From the NCBI GenBank assembly GCA_028534125.1, contig CM052816.1, positions 89,902,336-89,966,000 on the forward strand: 63,665 nucleotides of DNA. Direction: 5' to 3'. This document shows, one piece after another, positions 26,797-40,714 of this stretch (positions within the stretch are counted from its first letter, which is position 1; each line of letters starts with the position of its first letter). Origin of the DNA: Lama glama. Its lineage: Eukaryota. Made by a program: the position numbers and the translations under genes. The notes under the pieces are model-generated. The model was not told where the DNA came from, searched no databases, and saw only the letters and a list, made by a program, of their open reading frames with translations.

Positions 26797-26922
26797 GCCA
26801 GGAAGTGGAGGAGAGGAATTGATGATGTCTTCACCACTGGGGGTGGGGGGTGGCAGCCGCAGATGACTTGATGGTTTCAGCATTCTTTATTTACTGGGAT
26901 GGTTTGCAGTATTTTTTGTTCA
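26797..26922 (-). mobile_element. ERV1 LTR 5' fragment
   Basis: The minus strand starts tgaacaaaaaatactgcaaaccatcccagtaaataaagaatgc...ggctgccacc, an artiodactyl LTR-like start. Confidence 0.55.
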
Positions 26923-27358
26923 CTCTATAAAGATTACTACTGATCTGTAGAAGCTGTGCAATGCAACCTTGGTAACCAAGGAAAAATCCAATTGTTCTGT
27001 GATTTTTAAACATGTTTGTCTAAACATTAAAATATATTTCAGTGTTGCTTATAAACATACCGAGACACGAAAAGAATCATAAAAGGTGTAGTTAGTACCC
27101 TGCAATTGAAAACATTAGAAACACTATTAGTGTGTTTCAATTCTTTGTGAAAAATGTATTGACTAGTTTGAAGAGTTCCAGCCTTCTCACCATGTGAATG
27201 ATGTTATGATACTTGCAGTGTTTGAATTAGCTTCGAACATTTCCTCCTTTGTGCTTCAAACGTTGTGAAATACCTCTGAGCATTCCTGTAATGTAAGCTT
27301 TTTTTCTGACTCCCTCCTGCTGGGACATCTTCATCTTTCTTTTCCTTATAATCACTCT

Positions 27359-27362
<4 letters not shown>

Positions 27363-27408
<46 letters not shown>
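27363..27408 (+). repeat. (GT)23 microsatellite
   Basis: Perfect dinucleotide array. Confidence 0.98.
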
Positions 27409-27410
<2 letters not shown>

Positions 27411-27989
27411 CAATAATTTTGTCTTTGCTCTTTCTCTGGCTGCATATCTAGAGTTCCTCAAACATGTCAGTGCCAACATTCCCATGGTCAGCTATATCTT
27501 CCATAACTCTATTGACATTCTATCAGAATTTTATTGCCAGATTTATCACTTTGTATTTCTTTGCTGTACTTTCATCTTTGTTGGACAATTTCCTCTTTCA
27601 ATTATGTATTTTTTATAATGGGCGCATGGGTTTATCACTGAGAGACAAATTAGCAACACAACCGCACACTTTGCTGTCTGTGCATAAACTAAATAAGATC
27701 CACTACGATGCATCTTATAAGATGACCAATCACTAAGAAGTGAAGCGATGGCTCATTGATCATTATGGACATCTGTTATTTACATAGGGACGTGTGGACT
27801 AAAGAGCTAGCAATGACGTTTGTACTGTATGCAACTACTCAGCGTATATACTATGGTAACTGAAATTCAAATTATATTGTTGAGGAATTGCTGTTAGGTA
27901 AATCACAGTAGCTGAAATCTACGTATTTCAGAACTGTGCAAAGTGAGGACTGCCTATAAAAACGGCTTACAACACTCTTCTCCAATATT

Positions 27990-29780
27990 ATAAACATTTT
28001 CCAATCAAAGTTGAAAGAGGTTTATACAAACTCCTGTATTACCACCTCTTAGTTTCTTAAAGAAATATTGTACTTTACATGTTTTACTCATTTATTTATT
28101 TCTCCATCTACCTATTTAAACATCCACTGGTTTTATGCAAATGTATTTGAAAGTCAATTGAAGATATCACTAAATTCCTCCATAAATATCTCAACATGTT
28201 GATCATTAAAAATAACTTGATATTTGCTTCAGGAATTTTGGCATTTTATGTAAACTTTACAAAAATGAAATTCTCATATCAAAAGTGTACATTCTTTGGG
28301 ATGTGATAAATTCATACACCTGTGGAATTCAAACTTTTAGCAATGTATAGAACATCCCTAGTCCCTCAGAATTCTCTGTCATGTTGTTTCTAGTCAATTC
28401 CCGTACCCATTCCCAAGAAAGAGCTACTATCCTGATTATTTTTGCATTACAGATTTGGTATGTCTATCCTAGAATTCATATAAATGTAACTTAGTATAAT
28501 TATATTACACATAGTGTAATATAAATGGAACCAAAGAGTTTATAATTTTTGTGTCAGTCTCTTTACTCAGTGAAATACTTTTGAGTCATTCAGGCTGCTG
28601 CAAATATCAGTAGTTCATTCTATGTTTATTCCTGCTGAGTAGCATTACACTTTAAGACTATACTGCAAAATATTCAGCCATTTATTCCTACTGATGGAAC
28701 TTTAAGGTGTTTTCAGCTTTTGGCTCTTAGGAACAAAACATGCAATGGTCATTCTGTGCAAGCCATTTAGTGAGCACATTTTCATTTATCTTTGATAATT
28801 TTGAGGAATAAAGTTGCTCAGAAGGTGTAGATTTAATCTTATGAAAAGCTTCCAGACATTTCTTCACTGTGTGAATGATTTTACACACCTAGCAATAATG
28901 TGTAAGTGTTTCAACTGTTCTACATCTTCACTAACATTTGATGTCATCTGTGCTTTCATTTTAGATGTCTTAGTGGGTGTGTAGCTGTATCAAATTGTGG
29001 ATTTAAATTGCACACCCTTGATAACTGGTGATATTGAGCTATTTTCTTGTGCTTTGACTATTAATGTGTTAATTTTTATGTACTGTCTGTTTAGATACTT
29101 GGGCAATTTTATTCAGTTTGTTGTCTTCTGTTATTGAATTGTAACATTTGTATACCACAATATCAGTCTTTGTCACATTCTTTGTTTAAAATTTTCTCCT
29201 AGTCTGTGACTTGCTAATTCATTTTTTAACAATGTGGCTTGATGAGTATTTTATTAATGCTGATTAAGTTAAATTATTAAATTTTAATTTAAGGTTATTG
29301 ATTCTGTTTTTTCTCTAAAAATTATTTCCTCACTCCCCAATCCCAAAGATATTCTCCCTTGATTGCTCTGATGTCTTTATGGTTTTAGCTTTAATATTCA
29401 TATCTATACATTTTTGAGGATTTTTGTGTGTATAGTGTGCAGAGAAGGTCCAAAGTCAATGACCACCTATTTCTGGTCATATGTTAACCTCATAGCCAAT
29501 GACATCAATCATATCCATTGTTAGTTCTAGTGCTTAGAACTCTTAAGCACTAGAGTTCTTAAATTTTCTACATATAACAATAATGCCATCTGCAAACAGA
29601 GAGTGATGTAATTCTTTGATTCTGACTTTTAAAATACATTATATTTTTTCTTTCCTTAATATAAGAGCCAAGATCTTGGGTAACATTTTCACTAGAAGTA
29701 ACACTAGGAGTCCTTACTTTTATCCGTCTACTGAGATTATTCAATATGTTCCCTATTACACATGATGTTACCCATGGGGT
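27990..29780 (-). mobile_element. Old L1 (L1MC/MD-like) 3' region and ORF2 fragments
   Basis: Antisense L1 motifs ctagaattcatataaatg, ctgatggaactttaaggtgttttcag, gatattctcc, and atgccatctgcaaacagaga. Confidence 0.75.
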
Positions 29781-31089
29781 GATTTTGTTGTTATTGTTTG
29801 GAAATAGAGAAAAGTTTTCAATTTTTTAAAAAGGGAATTTACACGCAATTATAAGCATACATATCTCTAATGACTGAGTGTGATTCAGAGGTCACAAATA
29901 GCTCATCTGAGTAGAGCTGCAGAAAGAAAATGAGGACTGTTAAAACCACAAAGAGACCATTTGAAAAGAATGAAATTTGTACGATGTGACCTTATTAAAC
30001 ATCTTCTTTAATCTCCATTTTAATGATCTAGTAGAGTAATTCTCTATTAATTGAATAATTTTGCTTTTCTTCTCACAGATCTTTTGGGCAATACATTGGC
30101 TACAAATGTACATTTCACGCTTTTTGTTGAAAAGAAAAGAAAATGTTATCATGTCATTAGCAGTTGGCCAAGTGGTATATGATGATTTATATTAAGGTTT
30201 ATGTAACACAAAACATAAAAAAAGAAATCTTTGCCTTCTCTAGTTTGAATTAGCTTATTTATTTATATCCAAATTTCTTGTCTCTTCAACAGTATTTTCT
30301 ATTTTTCTTTTCTACGCTCCATCAGCACATTAGTTAGGTTTATATTATTCTCTTCAGTTACTTTTCACTGTGGAAATTAAAGCTATACAAGACTTAAAAA
30401 AATCTCTTTGTCAGTGAACACATCAGTAAACCCCAAATGCAAGTGTCTGGAACCAAGCTAATCAAGATTAACGCATTCATTTAACAGATGGTTACAATGT
30501 TATTAAAATGCAAATGATTGGTTTCTGCTAATTGTTCGACATCAAAAACGATTAATCAGGAGATTTTTTTCATCTTCTAATAGCCTTTGCAGAGTTTACC
30601 TTCAGAGATTAACATAAAAGACAAATATGTAAATTTCTCTCACTAACCCCAGGAGAGCCAATCAACTTGAAAGAAAAGTGGAATAATGATTATATATTTA
30701 TAGTAATGGGAAGAATCCTTTTAGTACTGTAATTTGCTCCTGAATTGTTTTGCACCCAATTTAACTAGCCTCCAAATAATTATGTGTACTGGAATATCTA
30801 TTCAAACGTAATGGAATTTGGTGCTTTTCTTTGACTCAAAAGAGACAGTTTAACCACTTGAGTAAATAAACTAAAATATGATGGCGGTAGTCCCCCAAAA
30901 TAGTAACATTATAACATGGCAGTAAAGACTATTTTAGATAAACTAAATAATGTGAAGTTAAAGTCCAAACTATTTTATCCATTCATTCTTCCACTCAATA
31001 ATTTTCTGTTGAGTGATTTTTTTGAGTCAGTTTCATTCCTCTGATAAGCAGGGGCTAAAATCTAATTAGATACTGTTTTTGCGGGGGGA

Positions 31090-31305
31090 AATACTGGTAG
31101 ACATTAATAGAAGGAGGGAGGTGGATTGGCACAGAATTCAGACTAGATTTTCAGACTAGAGCACAGGTCTGAAACCTGTGCTTGGAGAGATGAAAGAAGG
31201 TTTCAGTGGAAGGAACCATGCACTGCAACACAGCCTTGAGAAAAGTCTTGGCTGGTCCTCTGCAGGGACCCAGAATAAAGACTGGTCGTCAGAAGGGTGC
31301 CATGT
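31090..31305 (-). mobile_element. LTR16-group (ERVL) LTR fragment
   Basis: caggtctgaaacctgtg..ggagag..gaagg...ctgca..cagccttgagaaaagtctt pattern. Confidence 0.5.
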
Positions 31306-33616
31306 AATCTCTCCTGGAGTACAAAGTCTCACGTGTTAGAAAATAGTATAATCATGTCTAGCCTACCATCCTTTCCTTTTCTAGCCTTAACTTTCAATTT
31401 GTTTACCCATTTACTGACAGTGGTGATTCAAACATCAATCAATTTTGTGAAACAATGCAGTGTATTTTAAGATCACATCGAAGAGTATTGCTCCCAGCTA
31501 ACCTCCATGCTCCAGGTATATTCAGATCATTAAAAGGTACAGTGGGACTACTACATCTTTTCCAGGAGGCTATCTGTTGTTACAGCTAAAGTTTATTTTT
31601 TGAAGGTAAACATTTTACAAGGGTTCTCAGATCAGATATAAAATGTTGAAGCTTTATTTTGGTTTCATTTAGTTCAAACACATTCATAACTATTGTTTTT
31701 AGATTGTGTACTTCCTGACCCATACCAGGGCAATTCAATGTGTGCTCCTTGATATCTAAATAAAATAAAGATGACTGAGGATTTTTCAATTTATAACCTA
31801 AAACAATAACTTAGGCTTTCCTAGTATAGCAAATACAAAGTCGTATTAAGAAAAATATACCAAAAAAAAATACAGATTATATTGAACTGAATTTGCAATT
31901 CCTTTGCAACCTGGATTTGCAGAATGAGGCAATGTCATTCAAAATCTTCATTAATATATATTATTAACTAATACTCAACTTGGCATTGTTTATTACCTTA
32001 AGAAAAGATTCTTTTCTAAGTGCTTTAGATAATTTTTTGTCTTTCAAGATGATCAATATATGATCAAAACCAAATATATCTTATCTGAAAATTGTGATGT
32101 TAAAGGAATAAAGATTTTTTTCACCAAAATAATGAATTCTTATCAAGTCTTTCAAAATTCAAAAGTATGTACTTATACTTACTGAAACTATACTGATTAC
32201 ATATGAATTTGTCTGTAAAGTTTTTCCCTTTTGCAACCTGTCTAATCATTGGTTTCCCTTTCTTAAATGTTAATATATTTACTACCTGAAAACTTAAGTT
32301 AAGAATAAAAAAAAATCCATATGTAATCAGTATATTTAAAGGTCAAAGTATGTTATTATCACTTGAATGTGTAAATAAAATTAAAATGCAATATAAACAC
32401 GTAAGTATATAAAATATAGTGTAAATGAATCACCTGTTTTTTCTCATTTTCTCATTACCTTCGGCCTTCTCTTAAGTCATGTAGGAATGGTACATTCTCA
32501 CTATCCCTGTTTTACAGCTGAAATAGCTACATTTTTGAAGAGGGTAAGTGTAATATGTACATTAATAGATGGTAAATGGTGAATCCAAAAATTCAAAACT
32601 AACTTTGATTGCACTCATCATTTTATTAATTTGTTATATTTCTTTTGTTTTAAATGGTTAATATTTGCTTACATTTTAATGAAAGCTGATTGACAGTTTA
32701 AGTAGCAATATATATAAATATTTTTTCCCACACAAGTCTGAAAGACGTTGAATTTTTTAAGACTGAGTTAGTATCATGCTAAAATTTCTAGTGAATATTC
32801 CAAGAGTGGATATAGTTCACATCTTTACTTTCAAACCATAATATAAGGGCTTTAAGAAGTGGAAAGATGCAAAAGGGTGGCTGGGATTATTATAATTCGG
32901 GCTGGATATTTTTTAATGGAACAAATAAACACTTAAAATGAACTGAGAATTTTAAAATCAGTTAGTGTCTAACACTACATTATCTACAACGATAACAATG
33001 ACTATGGCAGGCAGAGCACACCTTAGGATGGGCCTGAGTTATGTCTTCTTTAAGAAAGAATATTCAGGAATCCAAATCCCAACCAGTGGTGAGTTATTAG
33101 CATGGAATTAAAATAAGAGATTTAAAGGTATGTTAAACATAATCTTAAAAAGACACTGATTCACTTAACTCATATAAAGAATCATCTGCACTTTAAAAAA
33201 AACAAACAAACTTGATTTTTTGTGTTTCTGCTTAAATATCATGACAAATCTGACTGGCAGTCTTTGCTTAGGTGTCTAAATATGTCAAAGTAAATTTTCT
33301 CCAAGAGCCATAGATGGATATATTTCTAGAATATGCAGAATCTTTATGGATGTATTTAAGTTTACATTCTCAATTTTATACTAATCTAGCCACCTAAATA
33401 GATGCATATCACAAAAACACATATATCGAGTCTTTTTCATCTAGACAATGATATTAAACATTTTAATATTTGCATCTTCCTTATATTCTTGGCATGTGGT
33501 ATAATTTTAATTGTTTGAAGATAATGAGAATTAAAGACAGGTGGACTTATTCAATAAAGCCAGTAATATTATCAAAGACCAACTTCAAGACTAATTGACA
33601 GCAATTCAATTAGAAC

Positions 33617-33874
33617 AGAAATGGCAGACCGGTAGCCCATGGGTTAAAAATGTCCCCAGCTGTCTAGTTTAACTTACAGGAGATTAAAACAGTGAGTATT
33701 GATTAGTTGTATACATGTAAATACAGGAAATTTCAAGAAAAATCTAGATCTCTGGCAGATCTTGAAAAATGTAGACTACTTGTCAAAATTAGTTCCTGTT
33801 CCCACATAGGAACGATGTGTCAGAACTGAATATTGGCTACTCCGTTTATGTGGTTAGGGGCTCTTCAGTTATCT
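33617..33874 (+). mobile_element. MER102-like hAT fossil
   Basis: gaaatttca..aaaaatctagat...cttgaaaaat...ttcccacat motifs. Confidence 0.55.
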
Positions 33875-34002
33875 GGGATTTTATTGGTCGGGGCGGTAAT
33901 TTGATTTATTTATTTATTTCTGATGGAGGTACTGGGGATTGAACCCAGCACCTACTGTATGCTAAGCATGCATTCTACCACTTGAGCTATACCCTCCCCC
34001 AA
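33875..34002 (-). mobile_element. tRNA-derived SINE, camelid Vic-1-like
   Basis: The minus strand reads gggggagggtatagctcaagtggtagaatgcatgcttagc...gggttcaatccccagtacctcc + (taaa)n. Pol III A and B boxes are present. 14-bp TSD ctcttca(g/a)ttatct (33861-33874 / 34003-34016). Confidence 0.92.
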
Positions 34003-34189
34003 CTCTTCAATTATCTCTTGGGTTGCTTCATTAGTTTATCCTATAGATATTTAGTACGATGATTTATAACATGAAAATTCAAAATACCTATATAGTGCAT
34101 TTGACTTTAAGGAAGGGGCACTAAGAGCAAGTTTGTTGTCCTAAATAATACCATTAATTTATTTTTAAGTCTGCTAAGTTTAATTTTAT

Positions 34190-35900
34190 TAGTTTTATCA
34201 TTTTGATTGAAATCAATATACTCTTGCTGTTTTTGGAAATTAATGTGTACTTTCAGGCTATTCATGTCATTGAATTTAAAGTGAGTTTCTTGTAAACTGC
34301 ATATACTTGAGCCATGTTTTATTTTTTTAAATCCACTGTGACAATCTCTGCTCATCAAGTAATATATTTACACCATTTACACTTAAAGTAATTATTGCTA
34401 TGTTTGTTTTGGGCTTAAGAATGCTATGTTATCACTTGTTTTTTATTTCTTTCCTCCACTTCCATTTTTCTGGGTTCTTTTTTTTCTTGTTTTCATGTGA
34501 AGATTTTTTAGGACTTCTTGATTTATTTGAAATGTTTTTGAGTGAATCTCTTTGTAGAGTTTTTCTCAGCCGTTGCTCTGGGTATTTGTCTATAAAAATC
34601 TGCCATAAGCTAAGTGGCTTAAATAATAAACATTTGTTTTTCACAGTTTTGAAGGCTGGGATGTCCAAGTTCTGCCTGGGACTCCAGTGATACAAATATT
34701 GGGTCTCTTTTATTGGCCAATAGGTCCCTGAGGCTAAGTTTATTTTTATTTGAAAAGAAAAAAATCTGTCATTGTATTTTTCTGTTCTATAATTTCATTT
34801 TTTATAAGCTGTATTTCTTTTCTGGAGTTTCTGGTTTGTTTTGTATTTGCTTCAGAAGAATTTATAGCTGCCTGTTAAATCATTTTTATGATGGCTGCTT
34901 TAATATCTTTGTCAGATAATTCCAGTATCTGATTCACCCCAGTGTTAGCAGCAGTTGATTGTCAGTTTTAATTCAAGCTGTGATTTTCCTAGTTTTTGGC
35001 ATAATGGGTGATTTTCAATTATATCCTGGATATTTTGACTGTCATTTGAAACGTTTGGGCCCTATTTATTTTCTTTTCTTTTTTTTTTTTAATTTTAACA
35101 GGCATTCACCTATTAAGTTTTATCATGAAGGCCATGGCCCACTTTTATGGGCTGTTGTGATAATGACAATCAATTTTTAGATCCTCCATGTTATTATTTT
35201 GGTCTGGTTGGTTGACCTCCTGCTGATGATCTTCGTTCACATTGCTTGAGTCAGTGGAAGGAGTGCTTCCAAGCCAGACCAACTATTGCCAAATGTGGAA
35301 TAAGAGTCTCCAACTCACAAACAAGTGCTTCCTTAGCAAGTGCTTCTTGTAGCAGAATACTCCCCTGACTTCATTTTCCTGGACAGTGGAGGACAATGAG
35401 CTCTTTATGAGCTGGACATTTGTGAAAGTCAGGTCACCCTTTCCAGTGCTCTGGCTACACAATGTCACAGGGTGTGAGAGGGGAGTCTCAGGTGTGATGG
35501 GGAACTGCTTATTCTGGCTTCTTATTTCCATCAAAGAGCTCAGTCAATTCTCCTTCCTCATTCTGTGAGGCTGCCTGGTTTCATATTGTCAGGCTACCCA
35601 CTCAGTCCAGCAGACAGGTGAGTCTTCCCGGGCCAAATTTTGTCACTAGGTGGGGTGTCAGAAACGCGAGGCCTAGGTTGTCTTCTTCTATTGACCATAC
35701 CAACCTTCAGAATGTAGGGAAGATTCTAAGATGCCTTGCCACTATGCTCTCCCTTCTATTTTGGGATCCCCCCAAAATTGGCTATCCTCTTTCTACCTTT
35801 TAGAGTTCTCTTTAAGTTTTCTCTTGCATTATTTCTAGGGGTTATACTTATTCTTAGAGGAGAGGAATGTGGAGAGGCTAATTTCATGCCATCTTAAAGG
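34190..35900 (-). mobile_element. Old L1, 5' region to ORF2 endonuclease start (fragmented); short MLT1 piece at ~34580-34675
   Basis: ORF 34107-34358 contains ICSLQETHFKFNDMNSLKV, matching L1 EN ICCLQETH. The MLT piece has gtggcttaaataataaacattt..tcacagttttgaaggctggga.gtccaag. Confidence 0.75.
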
Positions 35901-38215
35901 GACCAAATACAGCTTTGTATGAATATCACTTCCACACTTACTTTTTTCATATATTTGATTGTGTGGTTTGGGGGGTATTTTGTTTGTTTTATATGAACTA
36001 TAATCCTAATCAGTTTATTTCAAATCTAGATTTAAATATTCTTAACAATTTTCTTCACATTGATGCTGGATATCCTCTGACTGTTTCTTTTGTTTTGCTT
36101 ATTTTGGGTTTTTAAAAAGGGTTAATCCGTTACTTACATATGAGAAATATTACTTTAGATACGGTAGATAGATTAAAACCTTGACTTTCTCAATATATTA
36201 AATCGTATTACAGTAAGATTTTGCTGACCTGGGAGACATTTAATCTCTTTAAAGTGACAACATTACTTTTCAGTTCTCTCATGCATCCATTTTACAGTTG
36301 AACTCTCAAAAATCAATAACGCTTTTCTCATTTTAAGTGTCTTTTAACTCACATGACTGGAACCATTTATTTTCTATAATACCATGTTTAATCTTGATGA
36401 GCACTCTAGTAATAGTTTTATTATCCATTTTTCATAGAAGTTCAAAGAGGTTGAATAAACTTTCATGTGGATAAACTGAGATTGATTCACATTTCTTTCA
36501 TTTTAATCCTCCGACTTTTTCCATGATGTTTTTTTAAATAAACCTGTTTAGGACATTTCTTAAATTGGAGTTTGTCACCATATAATCTTGAGAAACTTGG
36601 AAAGAAGAATAAATAACAATTTTGCTTATAAATGTCTATTACTCTAAGATAAGAAACAAAGGACAACAACTCTTATTCATAGCAGATGCCAACAATAATG
36701 TTTTTCTAGTATCAGTAATCTTGCTTCTGTAGGCAAGATAACATAAAAGGAAGCAGTACAGGAAGTGTTTTCTTCAATTATATGGTATGTCCTCTTATCT
36801 TCAGGAGCAGAAGAGGTTAATGTTAATTTTTTTACTGCACAGCAATTTCAGAGGAAGTTCTTCCTACCTACTTAAGTTAAACCAAGTGTTAGATGATCTT
36901 TCCAGCTTCTATAGCAAATCTTTACTGGGATCCTCTAGAAGTAATTTTCCTTCTGGTACAATTATGTTTTTTTTTTTTAATCCCACTAGCTGAGTTAGAT
37001 GTTTACCAAGAATCAGTTGTGTCTTTTTACAAAACCTGGCCATATAAAATTTTTTATTGCCATTACATATTAACTAAATAGTAGCAAACTCATGATCTAT
37101 GTGTAAAAGAGTATCTTCTTTTTAAAAACTACTTTAATATTGTATAAATATTTACAAATTTAGTCAGTAAAAGTACTAATAAATTAGGTAGCTGTAAGAA
37201 AACATTAAAATATGAAAAAACAAGGCTACAGAATCATGTTCCTGATTGGCTTCACAAATAAATACCTTAAGATATTTTTATCATACTTCAAAGCCATCAA
37301 AAGTGGAAATCAAATTTTGCATTGCTGATGTAGTTTAAGTAAGAAAATGGAATATATGAACACATGAACCTTGTCTTAAAATATTTTTAAATTAGGAGAT
37401 AATATAGTAATGATAAGAGATATTATCAGCTCATAGTTGGAAGAACAAAATATGATACATTACATACTTCCAAGATTTTATAGTCTACTTAGGGTATTTG
37501 ACCATTTCTCTGCAATAATTGTACACCAAAAGCTTAGTTTAAAAAGGCCATTTCTACACATAAGACTTCTTGAGCACACTCCCTATGCTGTCACTTCTCC
37601 CTGCAACCACCTTGAAAGTCAGATAAAGGAAATGATCTCCTTTTTTAACTCCCACAGCATTTTACGTGCATCACCTACATGAAACTAAGCATGATTTTCT
37701 TTAAATATCTTATTGAAAAAAGAATACTAATTGTAAAGATTCTTAAGGAAAATGATCTGAATTACTTGTTTCTTCTTACGACTCACAATGATGCCTTACA
37801 GATAATTCTGCTTACTCATAAGTGTTCAATAAATGAAGAGTGTGGCCAAGAAGGCAAGAGCTGAAATATAAAATGAAAGTGAAAAGAGTTGAGAGTATGG
37901 TAGAAGCCAAGTGCATGACCTACAGAAGAACACCACCAACTGGGGCCCATAGACAAGCCATTCCATTACTTGGTGTATAACGCCTGAGGTTGGACTGTTG
38001 CAGGGTTCTGTGGGCGAGCACAGGAGAAAAGGCGCCAGCAGTTGGAGAAGGCTGGGGTGATCACGGGGAAGGCTTAACCATGGCCATCTGGTGTGATCTC
38101 CCATCCCCTCTCCTACTTCTCTGTCCCTAGTCACATTGACTTCTTTCCTACTTTGTGCCTGTGCTGACTATTCTCAGGGCCTTAGTACTGGCTGCTCTTT
38201 CTGCTTTGATGCTCT

Positions 38216-38703
38216 TGTAACAGAGAGGAACAAACCTGACTCCATATTAGAGCTCTAACCCTTGTGCTCTGTTGCCTGTTCTTAGACATGATGGCTCTGC
38301 ACCTTTGTAGAATATGTTGCCTATAGCCTGAGATATACATGATAGCCCATTCTCAAGGCTCTGACCTTTAAAGGTATAATATTTTTCCATCCATCTAAAG
38401 ATAAAAAGTTGCAGAATAGAGAATAACATTTGTCTTGTTGGAGGTTTATTGTGACCAGACCCCTGTGGACACCCGCAATAACAAAGAATTCTGGCACCAA
38501 GAAGTTTGCAACAACACACTACACCCCCTTCCTCTTCTGGTATAAAAGAAGCATGGATTCTAACTTACGTAAGATAGTTCTTTGGGACAATAGTCCACCA
38601 TCTTCTCCATCTGCTGGTTTTGAATAAAGCTGCTATTCCTTTCCCCAGCAACTTGTGTCTTGACTTATTAGCTTGTCCTGCAGCTCGCTTGGACTCAGTA
38701 ACA
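38216..38703 (+). mobile_element. Solo ERV1 LTR inserted into an L2 relic
   Basis: tgtaaca...cagtaaca termini with perfect 4-bp TSD ctct. TATA (ggtataaaa ~38540) and AATAAA (~38623). The flanks (38100-38215, 38708-39000) read as continuous L2. Confidence 0.92.
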
Positions 38704-40714
38704 CTCTCACCAAAAGTCCAGTTATCTGTTCACATAGCACTCAGCTTGCTGTACAAAACTCATCTCATCAGAGAGGCCCACCCAACTATGTTGTATGAAA
38801 TGCCTCCCATTTCATTCCCAATATCTTATCTTATTTTTTCTAAATTTAAAACACTTGATATATTTAATCTTTGTCATCCACCTCTACTAGCAGGTAAGGT
38901 TTGTGAAAGTAAGGGCTTTACCTCATTTTGTCAACAATACAGCCCCTAGACCCTTCCACATAGAGTGTTCTTAATAGTTGCTAAAAAGTGGCTGAGTAGA
39001 TGAATGCATGAAAGTGACCTCTGAGTAACGTTCTGAAGAGATTGGTACAAATATAAAGAAAAGGTGAAAGGAAATGCCAGGTAAAGTTAGAAGCACCTTT
39101 ACAGGTACATTCAAGGCATTGAGGAGAGTGCATTGATTACAAGTAAGGTGTTAGGGGATGAATATCAAGAAGAGATTAGGGTGTGTTGACATTTGATGGA
39201 TAGTATGTTAATGTGCTTTGATTTCATCTGGAGGATAATTAGTGCATTAAAAGTGACATCACTTTTTTTTTGTGACATCACTTTTACATTTTAAAAGGAA
39301 CAATCTGCATCACCTGGATGCCAGATGCCTAACTTAAAATTGATCAAATTCTATGATGATTGGCTCACTCCCTTTATTTGCTATAATTATAACTTCCTTT
39401 ATTAAAATATCTTTTTAATAATCAATTTATGTTGTCTGAGTCCATATGGAAATACATACCTGTACTAAAATAAATTTCTATCTGGATTCCCTTCTAGAAG
39501 CCAGTCTTTGTAGTTCATGACAGAATAGGTGTATGGAGCTACCTTTCTCTGTTTAATTTCTAAAATAATATTTCTACACTCACAGTGACCTTTTAAAGAA
39601 AGAATGACATTACCCTTAACTCATCAGTGTTAACTACTTGTCATATGGACAGTATTCTCAAGCGAAACAACCTAAGAAATGCACATTCAAGAAATGACCT
39701 GAGAATTTCTTATACAAGTTTTTAGATTTCCTAAATTTTGGATTATGACTATCATCAAAGGTGATAACAACTGTTTAACATAAATTTTTTTCCAGGCAAG
39801 TTATTTTCCTGGTAATCTTCATTTAAAAATAAAGGTACTTTGATATGCTTGCAGTAGATTTGTTACATTATTTTACTTAACTTTCATTTTTATTTCAAAG
39901 CTATCTGACAGAACAAAATTTGCTGTATTTTCAGATGAAATTAACTTAGATTTTTAAGTATGCATAGAATTCAAGGATAACTTTGAAATTTATTTATTAA
40001 TTTTACTAAATTTATTCAAGATTAATTTTAAATATATATTAAATTTATTAAAATATAACACATATTCAATATCTTAATTTCACAACAAATCATTTCTGTG
40101 AATTCATGTATCATTTGAAAAATAATGCATATAATTTTGGTGAATGTCAAATCTTTATTATATAAATCTAAATTGTAATTAAAAGAACACACAGACCCTC
40201 CGCAACCCATATTACCTTGAGTTAGAGAATAGTCAATCAGAAATAAATGCTTTGAGATGAATTATGCTCATCCACCTTTTGTAAGAATTATAAAAATGAC
40301 TTATAAATTACTGCTTTATTTTGAAAAAATACGAAGTCATAAAAAATAAGTGATTTTCCACATTACATTCCTTGAAATGTTAAAAAAGGTTGCCATTCTT
40401 TTTCAAAACCTTCTCCACAACTCCATCAACATAATTCATATGAAATCACTTTTGAATCATTACCCATATATTGATAATTCTGTTAACATACTATGAACCG
40501 AGAAATACTTCGCATGACTGACAAATTAGCCCACGATATATAAAAACTATTGCTTTTCTTCTGTAATACAATATTCTCATCTGACTTAATGTCACAGGCT
40601 TTTTAGCAGCCATGTCATAACCCGAAACTGCAGTCAAAACAAACCTCTAAGAGTCTTGCACATAGGTTTTCCAGGTCAAAATAGTATATTCTATTGAATT
40701 TGAGGTTTATATCA

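Noticed and set aside
33920..34000. tRNA gene
   Set aside because: It has a TSD and A-rich tail and lacks a proper acceptor stem, so it is a SINE.
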